Source of the DNA: Salmonella phage SenALZ1
Sequence record: MZ375357.1
Direction: 5' to 3' (one strand)
Length of the DNA: 32,000 bases
Shown: positions 6,882 to 16,054 of the stretch, in pieces
Layout: each line of letters starts with the position of its first letter
How positions within the stretch are numbered: position 1 is the stretch's first letter
Notes under the pieces: generated by a model
The model's database searches: none
Seen by the model: the letters and a program-made list of their open reading frames with translations, nothing else
What the model was told of the DNA's origin: nothing
Translations under genes and position numbers: made by a program

Positions 6882-8075
6882 ATGAACAAGACCATCTTCG
6901 ATATCCTTTCCCTCGACCGCAATCTGGTTCACTGGGAAGACTATCTCTACAAGCACACCCCGTGTGAACTTATTGCCAATCCAGAAACCAATCAGCAGGT
7001 TTGGTTCAAACGTGAAGATTACTTCGCGCCTTTGTCATGCTATATGGATGGCAAGCAGGGGATCAATGGCAGCAAACTCCGTCAGGCCATCTGGCTCATG
7101 ATGGAGCATCTGAAAGCTGGAGGATCCCCAGATCTTATCCATGGTACTGTCGTTGGTAGTCCGCAGTCCCCTATGGCGACGGCAGTCTCACGGCATTTCG
7201 GCGGCAAGACAACCACTGTGCTGGGTGCCACTAAACCAACCACATGCATGAATCATGATATGGTTTCAATGTCAGCATGGTTTGGTAGTGAGTTCAACTT
7301 TGTTGGATCTGGTTACAATAGCACCATTCAGCCGCGCTGTAAGAAACTCATTGAACAATTAAATCCAAAGGCGTATTATCTGGAATATGGCATTACATTG
7401 GATCATACCGTTCATTCACCAGAACGCATTGCTGGATTCCATATGCTGGGTGGTGAGCAGGTTGCCAATATCCCAGACCATATCACTGATCTGATCATTC
7501 CTGCTGGTTCTTGTAATTCATGCACCAGTATCCTGACAGGTTTGGCGATGCATCCGAAACCAAATCTGAAGAATGTCTATCTGATCGGGATTGGACCAAA
7601 CCGATTAGATTTCATTGAAAGTCGTTTGCGCATTATCGGTAAGCAAGCAAACCTCCCTCACATAACTGATTTCACTCGTCGCTATCACGACAACCCAGAC
7701 TATGTGTATGGTAAGAAGGATCTTCAGCATGCCTCTAAGAGCGTTTCGCTGGCTGGCCTCCTAAGTGGTATCAGGCCAAAGAACGAGCCGGATATCGTGC
7801 TTCCTCGTTTTGAGGTACACCATTGGGATCTTCATACCACTAATTGGGTTCGTTACAACGACCTCATGGATTACCAGTGGGGAGATATTGAGTTGCATCC
7901 TCGTTATGAAGGGAAGGTGATGACATGGATACAGGAACACAAACCAGAATTGCTTAATGAGAACTCATTGTTTTGGATCGTGGGTAGCAAGCCATATATG
8001 GAAGCGATGAAAGCTGCTTGCCCTGAATTATCAATACCTGAACATGTCCCTGTGAATGAGTTTGTCCCCAGCTAA
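6882..8075 (+). CDS. Fold-type II PLP-dependent enzyme (tryptophan synthase beta / ACC deaminase-like superfamily)
   Basis: GSKLRQ (candidate PLP-lysine region), GTVVGSPQSPMATAVSRHFGGKTTTVLGATKPTT and LIIPAGSCNSCTSILTGLA are typical of the superfamily. Start moved from the track's 6861 to ATG 6882 (MNKTIFDILSLDRN), which has AGGAG at 6869-6873. Confidence 0.75.
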   Translation: MNKTIFDILSLDRNLVHWEDYLYKHTPCELIANPETNQQVWFKREDYFAPLSCYMDGKQGINGSKLRQAIWLMMEHLKAGGSPDLIHGTVVGSPQSPMATAVSRHFGGKTTTVLGATKPTTCMNHDMVSMSAWFGSEFNFVGSGYNSTIQPRCKKLIEQLNPKAYYLEYGITLDHTVHSPERIAGFHMLGGEQVANIPDHITDLIIPAGSCNSCTSILTGLAMHPKPNLKNVYLIGIGPNRLDFIESRLRIIGKQANLPHITDFTRRYHDNPDYVYGKKDLQHASKSVSLAGLLSGIRPKNEPDIVLPRFEVHHWDLHTTNWVRYNDLMDYQWGDIELHPRYEGKVMTWIQEHKPELLNENSLFWIVGSKPYMEAMKAACPELSIPEHVPVNEFVPS

Positions 8076-8114
8076 TCCATCCTAAATACCCCATACGACC
8101 AGTGTGGGGTATCT

Positions 8115-8564
8115 ATGAAAACCTTTCTAGAATTTTATCGCGAATCAACGTTACCTGATTTTACGAATATCGTTTTGTATCATGGGTCTAATGTTGAATT
8201 CGATATCTTTGATTTTGAAAAATTTGGCCAGACTGACTCTGGTACGATGGGTGCTGGGTTTTACCTGACGGGGGATCCAGAAAAGGCACAGATCTACGCA
8301 GAAAATGCCGTGCGCTATCGTCAATCTGGTGAACCTATTGTCATGGCATTTCGTGTCAAGGCCAAGAAGACTCTTGTAATAGATTCCAACAATGTTTCGG
8401 TGTGGGAAAATAAAATGCGTGAGTTGGGGATAAAGCCTGGTAAGATACATGATAATGTGAAAGAACTTATCAACAAAGGGTTCGATTCCATAGCCTCTAT
8501 GAGTGCCAATAACGTTGAGGAAATGGTGGTGTTTAAGCCAGGGTTGGCGACCAGAGAAGCCTAA
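8115..8564 (+). CDS. Small ADP-ribosyltransferase-like protein with T4 internal-protein-like N-terminus
   Basis: VLYHGSNVEFDIFDFEKFGQTDSGTMGAGFYLTGDPEKAQIYAENA and C-terminal NNVEEMVVFKPG fit ART folds (YHGS / G-hydrophobic-Y-T / E...F-P pattern). N-terminus MKTFLEFYRES. Confidence 0.6.
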   Translation: MKTFLEFYRESTLPDFTNIVLYHGSNVEFDIFDFEKFGQTDSGTMGAGFYLTGDPEKAQIYAENAVRYRQSGEPIVMAFRVKAKKTLVIDSNNVSVWENKMRELGIKPGKIHDNVKELINKGFDSIASMSANNVEEMVVFKPGLATREA

Positions 8565-8599
8565 ATAGTCCAAAGCGGTTTATTCAAGAGGACATTACC

Positions 8600-9058
8600 A
8601 TGCCAATTTCGAAATTATTTGAAGCGGATTCCCCAGCAGACATGCCTATCTGGACTGGTGTTCAAGACGGGACTACGATTGAATTCTTTGAGCGCGGGGA
8701 AACAGGCGCTGAAGAGATTTATGCTTCCGTGCAAGGGACAGACGTCGTCCGCGCCGCCGTAGCTCTTGCTACATTTTTAGAGGATGCCCCGATTGACGGT
8801 ATCCCGTTTGAAGCCCATGTGGACCCAGAAGACCCGACGTCTATCATCATTACAGTCCAGGGTGCTGAATATACATCTTACAGTATTGAGCACGATGAAG
8901 AAACAGGGGCGCTGTTTATAGCCACGGATCTTCAATTGGAAGATGACGAAATTGAATATCTGAAACAGAATGGTCGTCTTCCAGAGTACTCTGACGAAGA
9001 ATTGGATTCTGCGTTTGATGAAGTAGACGATGAAGACGACTTTTGGGATGGGAAATAA
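8600..9058 (+). CDS. Acidic hypothetical protein (152 aa)
   Basis: Complete ORF with AGAGG upstream and a strongly acidic C-terminus. Confidence 0.75.
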   Translation: MPISKLFEADSPADMPIWTGVQDGTTIEFFERGETGAEEIYASVQGTDVVRAAVALATFLEDAPIDGIPFEAHVDPEDPTSIIITVQGAEYTSYSIEHDEETGALFIATDLQLEDDEIEYLKQNGRLPEYSDEELDSAFDEVDDEDDFWDGK

Positions 9059-9086
9059 ACAAAGGGGCTTAATGCCCCTTTGTTTT
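9057..9086. terminator. Rho-independent terminator, possibly bidirectional
   Basis: AAACAAAGGGGC-loop-GCCCCTTTGTTT, 12 bp, ending in a T-rich stretch. Confidence 0.8.
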
Positions 9087-9221
9087 AGATATCGTTTGTG
9101 TGTACTGTGAATCTCATTGTTACGACATCTGTTCATAAATCCTTCCTCTTACTATCGTCGCCCCGCCTTGGGTGACAAGCAATCTCTTGTTTACCACTTT
9201 CATTCCTTAACACCAAAAGAA

Positions 9222-9239
9222 AGGGGAGTTTCCTCCCCT
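9222..9239 (-). terminator. Terminator hairpin for the minus-strand gene 9245-9877
   Basis: AGGGGAG-TTTC-CTCCCCT. On the minus strand it is followed by TTTCTTTT. Confidence 0.6.
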
Positions 9240-9244
9240 CTAAC

Positions 9245-9877
9245 TTATTTCTTCAGATCAGGCCACGCACCAGAGGTCGCAGTAGACCCAGCTGGGGGAG
9301 CAGACTCAAGATCGGGAGAACCCGACTGAGTAACAACAGTGGGATCTTTGTTAACCACTTTGACCCCAAACTGCTTGAGAGCATCCACAGCTTGCGCCTT
9401 CCGGCTGTTGCTTTTGTAATGGTTATACCCCTTGATACCGAATGATGCACTAATTGCTGTCAATAATGAAGCTGTATACCAATCAGGTGCTGTTTCAAGG
9501 GCTTGCATACCACCAATTACTGCTTTGATGAAATCCCCTTTATGATACTCGGTGGGGAACATTAGAAGTTCTACAACCGGAGCGATCATTACAAGGATAG
9601 CGGGAACAGCTAATACGATAGTCCAGAATTCATCTTTCCAAGACCCGCCGACTTCGGTGATCTTAGACAGCTCCCAATCTGAGGAGGACTTGATAGCCTC
9701 CAGCTTTACATCGTGTTTAGCCTGAACAATTTCCCGCTTGTATTGCACCAAATCAGTCCCAAGATTCCAGAGTTGCTTTAGCGCCCCTGGGATCATACTC
9801 ACAAAGGGGATTGCCATAATAAACTCCTTGGTCATTGAACGTTCCTCGGCTAAATTACGGGGACGTGCTGACGGCAC
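9245..9877 (-). CDS. Putative holin-like membrane protein (GTA/3TM-holin-like organisation)
   Basis: MIPGALKQLWNLGTDLVQYKREIVQAKHDVKLEAIKSSSDWE...WKDEFWTIVLAVPAILVMIAPVVELL, with an amphipathic region then membrane segments. The true start is probably internal (MTKEFIMAIP or MAIPF). Isolated minus-strand gene among plus-strand genes. Confidence 0.5.
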   Translation of the reverse strand: MPSARPRNLAEERSMTKEFIMAIPFVSMIPGALKQLWNLGTDLVQYKREIVQAKHDVKLEAIKSSSDWELSKITEVGGSWKDEFWTIVLAVPAILVMIAPVVELLMFPTEYHKGDFIKAVIGGMQALETAPDWYTASLLTAISASFGIKGYNHYKSNSRKAQAVDALKQFGVKVVNKDPTVVTQSGSPDLESAPPAGSTATSGAWPDLKK

Positions 9878-9896
9878 GGTTAACCGGAGACAAACA

Positions 9897-12893
9897 ATGA
9901 CTGTTTTCTATACGAACGTTGCCCGACAGGGTAACGACCTTCTGATTCGTATTGCAGACGACAACGGCAATCGCCGTATGTTGCGTAAGAAATTCGAACC
10001 CACCTTGTATTTACCCACAGCCGATTATTCCAAAGTTGAAAAGATTGGCCTCCTCAATGAACCGTTGGTGTCTAAAAAATTTGCATCAATGCGTGACGCC
10101 GACAACTATCTGGAGGAGTATAAGGAGGTCGAAGGCGCTGCCGTTTACGGGCAAACGGATTATGCATATCAATTCATAGCACATAGTTTTCCTGGGATGA
10201 TTACCCCCGATTACTCAAATATTCACATCGCCAACGTGGATATCGAAGTTTTCTCGGCTGGGTGGCGCGATGGAGAAATGACTAAAGGCCCATTTCCTCA
10301 CGCGACGATTGAATCCCACACGTTTAAGGGGAGTGAGGCGCGTGTTCGCCGATTCCATAAGCAAGTGTTGGCCAACCATGATTTCGTTCGAGAGCATTTC
10401 CCAGGTTCCTTTATTTCCAACAACGTGACTGACCAGTTCCCTATCATTGATAGTAATGGTAAGATCACACAGAACATGAATGCCGCCTTCCCTATTACGC
10501 TCATCCAGCTTCAAGACATGAACACCAACAAGTTCTATGTCTGGGGTATGCCGTGTTCTAAGGATCGCCATAAATTCAAATATGATCCAAATGATGAAGA
10601 GATAGGTGGTCTTGAGGTTGAATACAAAGAATACACGACTGAACAAGAACTTCTTCGCGCCTTCTTAGATTATTGGTCTGAACGTCAATTTGATGGTTGG
10701 ACTGGCTGGAACATCGAAACGTTTGATAGCCCGTACTTGGTTGAACGTATTACGCAGGTTCTCGGCGAAACCCAGGCAGAGCGCCTCAGTCCTTGGGGCA
10801 AACTCAAGAAACGTTTCATCAAAGACCGTAAAGGCGACGTGACTTCTTATCAATTCGTGGGTTGTCCTATGATGGACTACATGCAAGTTTACAAGAAACA
10901 CACGTACACAACCCGCGAAAAATACTCACTGGATTGGATCGCTTATTGTGAACTCGGTGAGAAGAAGTTGGATTATAGTGAAAGCAAGTCATTGTATGAT
11001 CTATATTTTAATGATTATTGCAAACACACCCGATATGGTATCAAAGACGTCAAACTCGTGTGGCGTTTAGAACAAAAGCTGCGTTTGATACAGCTGATGT
11101 TCGTATTGGCGTATCGCACCAAATCTAACTATGAAGACGGTCTTGGGACTGTAGCACCATGGCTGGCGATGTGTTACTATCGTCTTTATGAAAAGGGGAT
11201 TGTCCCTAAAATACAGCGTGTGTATGATGGTCCAACGGACTTTGAAGGCGCATATGTCATGGAGGTTGCACCAGGGATATATTTCTGGGTATTCTCTGAG
11301 GACTTAAACTCCCTGTATCCCCACATCATACAGCAATACAACCTTGGTCCTGAGACTATCGTATCTGACAAGCACACACGTCGCGATATCATTGAGTCCA
11401 TGTGTGAGGAATTAACCAAAGCGATGAATGATATGACAACGCCTATGAACAAGCGCCGTCATCTCAAAAATCTTCACGACAAGCTGCAGCGTGCTATTGA
11501 TGAACGCATACAAGTTGTTGATGAATTGGTCGCGCTGGGTGAATTCCATTTTGAAACATTACGTCGATATAACGTTTCGTTTACCCCGAACGTTCAGTTC
11601 TTCAGTAATGAGAAGATGTCTTTCCTTTCCGAAATTATGCGAGGCATATACGCTGACCGTAAAGGCGAGAAAGCAACTGGTCTGAAGTATGAGCAATGGG
11701 CTGGTTGGTGTAAGGAAATGTCTAAAGGTGATTTCCACCTTGAATCTGCCATGAAGTCTCGTTTCTACGATCCTGAATGGTATGAAGAACACAAGCATAT
11801 CGACCTTGATCACCTGACTGAAGTCATGCACAAGTGGGAAGATTTGGGAGTTGCCCAAGATACGTTACAACAAGGTCTGAAGATCTTGATGAACGCAGGA
11901 TATGGCGCAATTTCTAACGTCTGGTTTAAAGAATACTTCAACATCAACATCGCTGAAGCAATTACCACTTCCGGCCAGCTGATCAATAAATGGAACAAAC
12001 GCCACACTGATGATTATCTGAACAAACTTTGTGGCACCACTGGTCAGGATTTTGTTATCGCAGGTGATACAGACTCCAACTACATTTGCATTGAACGCCT
12101 GGTCAAGCAATTGTGGCCTGAAGAAAAGGACCATCACAAACTCGTTGATAACATTGACCAATGGATCAAAGAGAATTACCAGCCAAAAACCAGTGAATGG
12201 GCGCAGTTGTTGTGTAATACCATGAACGGGTTTGAGCAGCGCATGGTCTGGGAACGTGAGGTCATCGCATCGTCTGCTGTATGGCGAGCCAAGAAGATGT
12301 ATTGCATGGCAGTATACGATAGCGAAGGCATCAAGTATGAGAAGCCAAAGATCAAATTCAAAGGTTTGGAAGCGCGTAAATCAACCACTCCTGAGTGGTG
12401 TCGTGAGCGTCTGGTTAAATGTTATGAGAAAGTCCTGCTCGGTACTGAGGCAGAGGTTCAGGAATTAATCGCTGGATACAAAAAGGAATATATGGAACTC
12501 ACCGTGGATGATATCGCTCAGGCATCTGGTGTGAGCGATATTGAGAAGTGGTTAGACGCGAACGGGAATTACATCAGCGGTACGCACTTTGCTGCCAAGG
12601 CTTGTATTATGTACAACAAGCTGATCGATAAGCACGAAGATCTCGGTCTTCCCCCTATCGAATCTGGCGATAAGGTTAAAATCATCAACCTGAAACCTGG
12701 CAATCCTGTGGGGAATGATCGCATAGCCTTCCCTGACTTCCTTCCTCCAGAATTGGGATTGGATAAATGGGTGGATTACCACACCACGTTTGAAAAGACC
12801 TTTATAGAGCCAATTCAGTCTATCTTGGATGTGGTTGGTTGGTCTCATAAACGTCGAGTTAATCTGTTGTCCATGATGGGCAAGAAAGGTTGA
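9897..12893 (+). CDS. Family-B DNA polymerase, T4 gp43-like
   Basis: Exonuclease motifs DIEV and WTGWNIETFDSPYL; polymerase motif A SEDLNSLYPHIIQQYNL; motif B ILMNAGYGAISN; motif C AGDTDSNYI. Start reassigned from 9738 to ATG 9897 (MTVFYTNVARQGNDLLIRIADDNGNRRMLRKKFEPTLYLP), preceded by CCGGAG. Confidence 0.95.
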   Translation: MTVFYTNVARQGNDLLIRIADDNGNRRMLRKKFEPTLYLPTADYSKVEKIGLLNEPLVSKKFASMRDADNYLEEYKEVEGAAVYGQTDYAYQFIAHSFPGMITPDYSNIHIANVDIEVFSAGWRDGEMTKGPFPHATIESHTFKGSEARVRRFHKQVLANHDFVREHFPGSFISNNVTDQFPIIDSNGKITQNMNAAFPITLIQLQDMNTNKFYVWGMPCSKDRHKFKYDPNDEEIGGLEVEYKEYTTEQELLRAFLDYWSERQFDGWTGWNIETFDSPYLVERITQVLGETQAERLSPWGKLKKRFIKDRKGDVTSYQFVGCPMMDYMQVYKKHTYTTREKYSLDWIAYCELGEKKLDYSESKSLYDLYFNDYCKHTRYGIKDVKLVWRLEQKLRLIQLMFVLAYRTKSNYEDGLGTVAPWLAMCYYRLYEKGIVPKIQRVYDGPTDFEGAYVMEVAPGIYFWVFSEDLNSLYPHIIQQYNLGPETIVSDKHTRRDIIESMCEELTKAMNDMTTPMNKRRHLKNLHDKLQRAIDERIQVVDELVALGEFHFETLRRYNVSFTPNVQFFSNEKMSFLSEIMRGIYADRKGEKATGLKYEQWAGWCKEMSKGDFHLESAMKSRFYDPEWYEEHKHIDLDHLTEVMHKWEDLGVAQDTLQQGLKILMNAGYGAISNVWFKEYFNINIAEAITTSGQLINKWNKRHTDDYLNKLCGTTGQDFVIAGDTDSNYICIERLVKQLWPEEKDHHKLVDNIDQWIKENYQPKTSEWAQLLCNTMNGFEQRMVWEREVIASSAVWRAKKMYCMAVYDSEGIKYEKPKIKFKGLEARKSTTPEWCRERLVKCYEKVLLGTEAEVQELIAGYKKEYMELTVDDIAQASGVSDIEKWLDANGNYISGTHFAAKACIMYNKLIDKHEDLGLPPIESGDKVKIINLKPGNPVGNDRIAFPDFLPPELGLDKWVDYHTTFEKTFIEPIQSILDVVGWSHKRRVNLLSMMGKKG

Positions 12894-12953
12894 TTCAATA
12901 AACCAAAGGGGGATATAATTCCCCCTGTTATCCCTTTGACAACAGGTATTGTT

Positions 12954-13298
12954 ATGAAACTCAATAAGATTCTTCTGGTGTGTGCTCTGGCTTTCTCTAC
13001 CACTGCATGCTCTACCCTTCTGGACGTTGCGTCTACTGTTGACCTCGATGCGCCGACGTTCACCAATCAGCAAGCGGTGAATAAGATGGAAGACACCATC
13101 AAGGCACATGCAGCTTTGGACAACACCACTCCTGGTCCGTTGCAAACTGTTTGCAATTATGATGATTCCATCCAGGAAGATGAAACCTATCACTGCACCA
13201 CTTACGTGAAGGAATCTTCTGTGGTTCTGTATGCAGATTGCACAGAAGAGCAATGCACCGCAACTGGTTATGATCAAGTGGAGAAGTCTGATGAATAA
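12954..13298 (+). CDS. Small lipoprotein
   Basis: MKLNKILLVCALAFSTTACSTLLDV: signal peptide plus lipobox-like STTAC. Start moved from 12936 to the ATG at 12954. Confidence 0.65.
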   Translation: MKLNKILLVCALAFSTTACSTLLDVASTVDLDAPTFTNQQAVNKMEDTIKAHAALDNTTPGPLQTVCNYDDSIQEDETYHCTTYVKESSVVLYADCTEEQCTATGYDQVEKSDE

Positions 13299-14073
13299 TC
13301 ATGTTGGTCTGTATGATGCCAATTCTAAAATCGGTGGAATGTATCGTATCCTGGTAGACGTAGACTTGACTTTGGTTGATAGCCTCTCCCCTTGGGTGGA
13401 TTGGTTTAATATTTCCAATTCAAAAGCTGCTGCTGAAAACATGGGTTGTCATGATTATCCCAATGATTTCCAGCGTATCACCAAAGAGTGCTATATGGCT
13501 CATGCTGGTGATTTGGCGATCCTCATGCGGGAACGCGCTCACCCAGCATGGTTGACACGCCGTGTGTTTGTTGCTGGTCAATGGATGGATTCACCTACAG
13601 GACGTGATCCTATGGATTGGTGGCGCATGCCGGACCTGTATGCCAAGATGAACCCGCTTCCAGGCGCTTACGAGTTCCTGGTGAATCTGAAGAAGATCCT
13701 TCTCGAAGACTTTGAAAATGTTGAATTGATCGCAGTATCTAAGTGTGAGCCAGAACACGAGCGCAGCAAGCGCCAGTTTGTCTATGACAAGTTCCCTGGC
13801 ATCTTCAACGGGTTTGTCAGCACCGACGAAAAGCATCTTCTGGCAGGTGATGTTTTAATTGATGATAACCCGAAATACGTTGAACCCTGTGCGATGAACA
13901 ATATTTTTGTCATCTTTGTTCCTCAGGGAAATTATGAAAAACTGGATCTTTCGAACTCGGAAGATATGCTTTATATTAAACCAGTAGAAGGCCAGAACCA
14001 CTTCGACTTCCTGAACCGCAATATTGTCGAAGTGGTGAACCGCCTGATTGGCCATTATCAATACGTCCATTGA
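13291..14073 (+). CDS. HAD-superfamily phosphatase, 5'(3')-deoxyribonucleotidase-like
   Basis: ILVDVDLTLVDS (HAD motif I) and GDVLIDDNPKYVE (motif IV-like). Start likely MNNHVGLYDANSKIGG at 13291 rather than 13231. Confidence 0.65.
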   Translation: MNNHVGLYDANSKIGGMYRILVDVDLTLVDSLSPWVDWFNISNSKAAAENMGCHDYPNDFQRITKECYMAHAGDLAILMRERAHPAWLTRRVFVAGQWMDSPTGRDPMDWWRMPDLYAKMNPLPGAYEFLVNLKKILLEDFENVELIAVSKCEPEHERSKRQFVYDKFPGIFNGFVSTDEKHLLAGDVLIDDNPKYVEPCAMNNIFVIFVPQGNYEKLDLSNSEDMLYIKPVEGQNHFDFLNRNIVEVVNRLIGHYQYVH

Positions 14074-14389
14074 GGAGGACATCGTGCAAGAACAATCCAA
14101 GTTTGGGGAAACCCCAGACAAGCGTTCCGGTGATAGCGATATGGATGGCGTTATTATCCATGTGAACAACTTCATTCGTAAACAAACCACACCCACTTCC
14201 GTTGGTGCGGCGCTGGAGTTAAAGCGTGTTCTGATAGAAAACGGTATGGCACCAGATGACGATGAAATTTTCTATAACTTTGAAGACCAGTATAAAGTGA
14301 AGTTTGTAGAAAACGATCGCCCACAGGTTGCTGTTTTCTGGTCTCCCTGGTTGGGCGGTGTGAGCTGGCGTATTGAGGAAGATGCATAA
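14048..14389 (+). CDS. Hypothetical protein (start uncertain)
   Basis: ORF ends next to the downstream ATG. A GTG start at about 14084 after GAGGA is also plausible. Confidence 0.6.
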   Translation: MAIINTSIEEDIVQEQSKFGETPDKRSGDSDMDGVIIHVNNFIRKQTTPTSVGAALELKRVLIENGMAPDDDEIFYNFEDQYKVKFVENDRPQVAVFWSPWLGGVSWRIEEDA

Positions 14390-15294
14390 TGGCTAAAATA
14401 ATTGTAGTGAAAGGAACAAGTGGCGTGGGCAAGGGTACGAGAGTAGTCCAGTTCATCGAATGGCTCCGCACTAAGCTGGAGCCTACTGAACTCACCTACA
14501 CCATTGGTGACAAGACGCGCCCATTCGGCCTGAAATTCGAAGAGCTGAAGTTAATCTTCGTCGGCCAGTATACTGTGTCCAACAAATCCGGTCTGGCTTC
14601 CTGGACTTCCATGGATGCTATTCATGCTGCCACAGGCTCGGGTGATATCGCCCGTGATCTGGTCAAAGGCTGGCTGGCTCAGGGTTACACTTTGGTGTGC
14701 GAGGGTGAACCCCTCATGCTATCGGATAAATGGCGTCCTGAATGGATGTTCAAGAACTATCCGATTGAATCTCTGGCGTTGCTTTATTTTGCATACCCAG
14801 ACCGCTATCAGTATGATGCGCGCATCCGTGGTCGCTCTGGTAAGGAAGCGGGGGACTCCGGCTGGTCACGCAACGAATCTTACTCCAAGGAGTTTGAGAA
14901 GTCGAAGACTGAAATGCTGGCGCTGGGTTGGGAAGTGGTGGTCAATGATTACAGCGGTCAAGACGTGTTGTATCGCCAATCGTCTACAAACACTCAAGAA
15001 TTCAAAACAGGAAATGATAGCGAATTAGCCATGATGCCGTTTGATGCACCTTTGTGGGTGATTGGCAACGCTATTCATCATCAAATGCGTGGTGAGTTTC
15101 ACGCCATGGGTCTGGACATCAAAGATTTCTACGGATTCTGTGAAACTGACCCAATGACGCGTGAAGTCGGTGGGGATGATCCTCTAGCGCATCGAGTCCC
15201 TGAGAAGGCGACCAAATCTAAAACCAAGGCGAGCGCCAAGGGAGAGGTAACAAAGTCCTCTGTATCCCTTCTCGGCCTGTTGAGTAAGGGTTAG
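14389..15294 (+). CDS. P-loop nucleotide/DNA-base kinase (candidate 5-hydroxymethyl-dU DNA kinase-like)
   Basis: Walker A GTSGVGKGTR; FEELKLIFVGQY...SMDAIHAATGSGDIARDLVKGWLAQGYTLVCEGEPL has a P-loop kinase layout. Specific substrate assignment is inference. Confidence 0.7.
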   Translation: MAKIIVVKGTSGVGKGTRVVQFIEWLRTKLEPTELTYTIGDKTRPFGLKFEELKLIFVGQYTVSNKSGLASWTSMDAIHAATGSGDIARDLVKGWLAQGYTLVCEGEPLMLSDKWRPEWMFKNYPIESLALLYFAYPDRYQYDARIRGRSGKEAGDSGWSRNESYSKEFEKSKTEMLALGWEVVVNDYSGQDVLYRQSSTNTQEFKTGNDSELAMMPFDAPLWVIGNAIHHQMRGEFHAMGLDIKDFYGFCETDPMTREVGGDDPLAHRVPEKATKSKTKASAKGEVTKSSVSLLGLLSKG

Positions 15295-15296
15295 AA

Positions 15297-15500
15297 ATGA
15301 AACAGATGTCTAAATATTTTGTGTTCGTCGGATTGGTGATGTGCTTTTCAGCTGTGCTTGTCGGTGTCATGAAATATTTGGGCATCGTTGAGTTGGATTC
15401 AACCGAAATATTGAACGTTTACGCGTTATATTATTTGGGGGGTGCTATCTTATTAACGCCTTTCGTCTATAACATAATTCAGAGTTTCAAAAGGAATTAA
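15297..15500 (+). CDS. Small two-TM membrane protein
   Basis: 67 aa with two hydrophobic segments. Confidence 0.6.
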   Translation: MKQMSKYFVFVGLVMCFSAVLVGVMKYLGIVELDSTEILNVYALYYLGGAILLTPFVYNIIQSFKRN

Positions 15501-15501
15501 A

Positions 15502-15888
15502 ATGAAAATCCTCATTCCACGCAACGTTGTCGCTGTTGCTATTGATTACCGTGGTGATGCGAAGATGATTAACGCTGTCCGTTATTATCCGGAACAGAAT
15601 AAAATCGTCCCACAATTTCAACTGAATACCAATCCTTCTTCTAAGGATTTCGGTTCTTGGCGTCAGGTGGGTTTGGCTCGTACCCAAGTCAATGCCCAGC
15701 ATTTTATTTCCGAAAAGACGAAAACCGCCAAGCAAATTTGGTTGGTGACGAATGATCGTCGTTTCCTGCCTATCTGGTCTCTGGGACAGCCCGTAGTAAG
15801 CCCCGAAGAAATTCAGCTGGCTCCCGAAGCTGAGCCTGAAGTTGTTTCTCCTGTAGAGGAAGTGAAAGATGAAAATCAAGCAGGTTGA
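15502..15888 (+). CDS. Hypothetical protein
   Basis: 128 aa with AAGGA Shine-Dalgarno upstream. Confidence 0.7.
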   Translation: MKILIPRNVVAVAIDYRGDAKMINAVRYYPEQNKIVPQFQLNTNPSSKDFGSWRQVGLARTQVNAQHFISEKTKTAKQIWLVTNDRRFLPIWSLGQPVVSPEEIQLAPEAEPEVVSPVEEVKDENQAG

Positions 15889-16054
15889 TTTTATCTTCAT
15901 GATGCTGATGTTCGTTATCTTTACGGTTTCGCTGGTCGGCGTCATGGTCACAGAAGGGGTGCAACAGCGCCCATTCTTGGTGATCTGTCCAGTATCGATC
16001 GCCACTTTCTTCTATCTGGCGTTCCGTGTTGAACTCGGGAGTAAAATCGGATGA
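15869..16054 (+). CDS. Small membrane protein
   Basis: 61 aa, hydrophobic, overlaps its neighbours by a few codons as is common in phage operons. Confidence 0.55.
   Translation: MKIKQVDFIFMMLMFVIFTVSLVGVMVTEGVQQRPFLVICPVSIATFFYLAFRVELGSKIG

Noticed and set aside
9738-9896. N-terminal extension of the polymerase ORF in the track
   Set aside because: The extension is antisense to the 9245-9877 gene and does not resemble polymerase; the T4-like N-terminus begins at MTVFYTNVARQG (9897).
12901-12930. GGGGGATATAATTCCCCC hairpin as a terminator after the polymerase gene
   Set aside because: No T-run follows; it may only be a regulatory hairpin, and the evidence is too weak to annotate.
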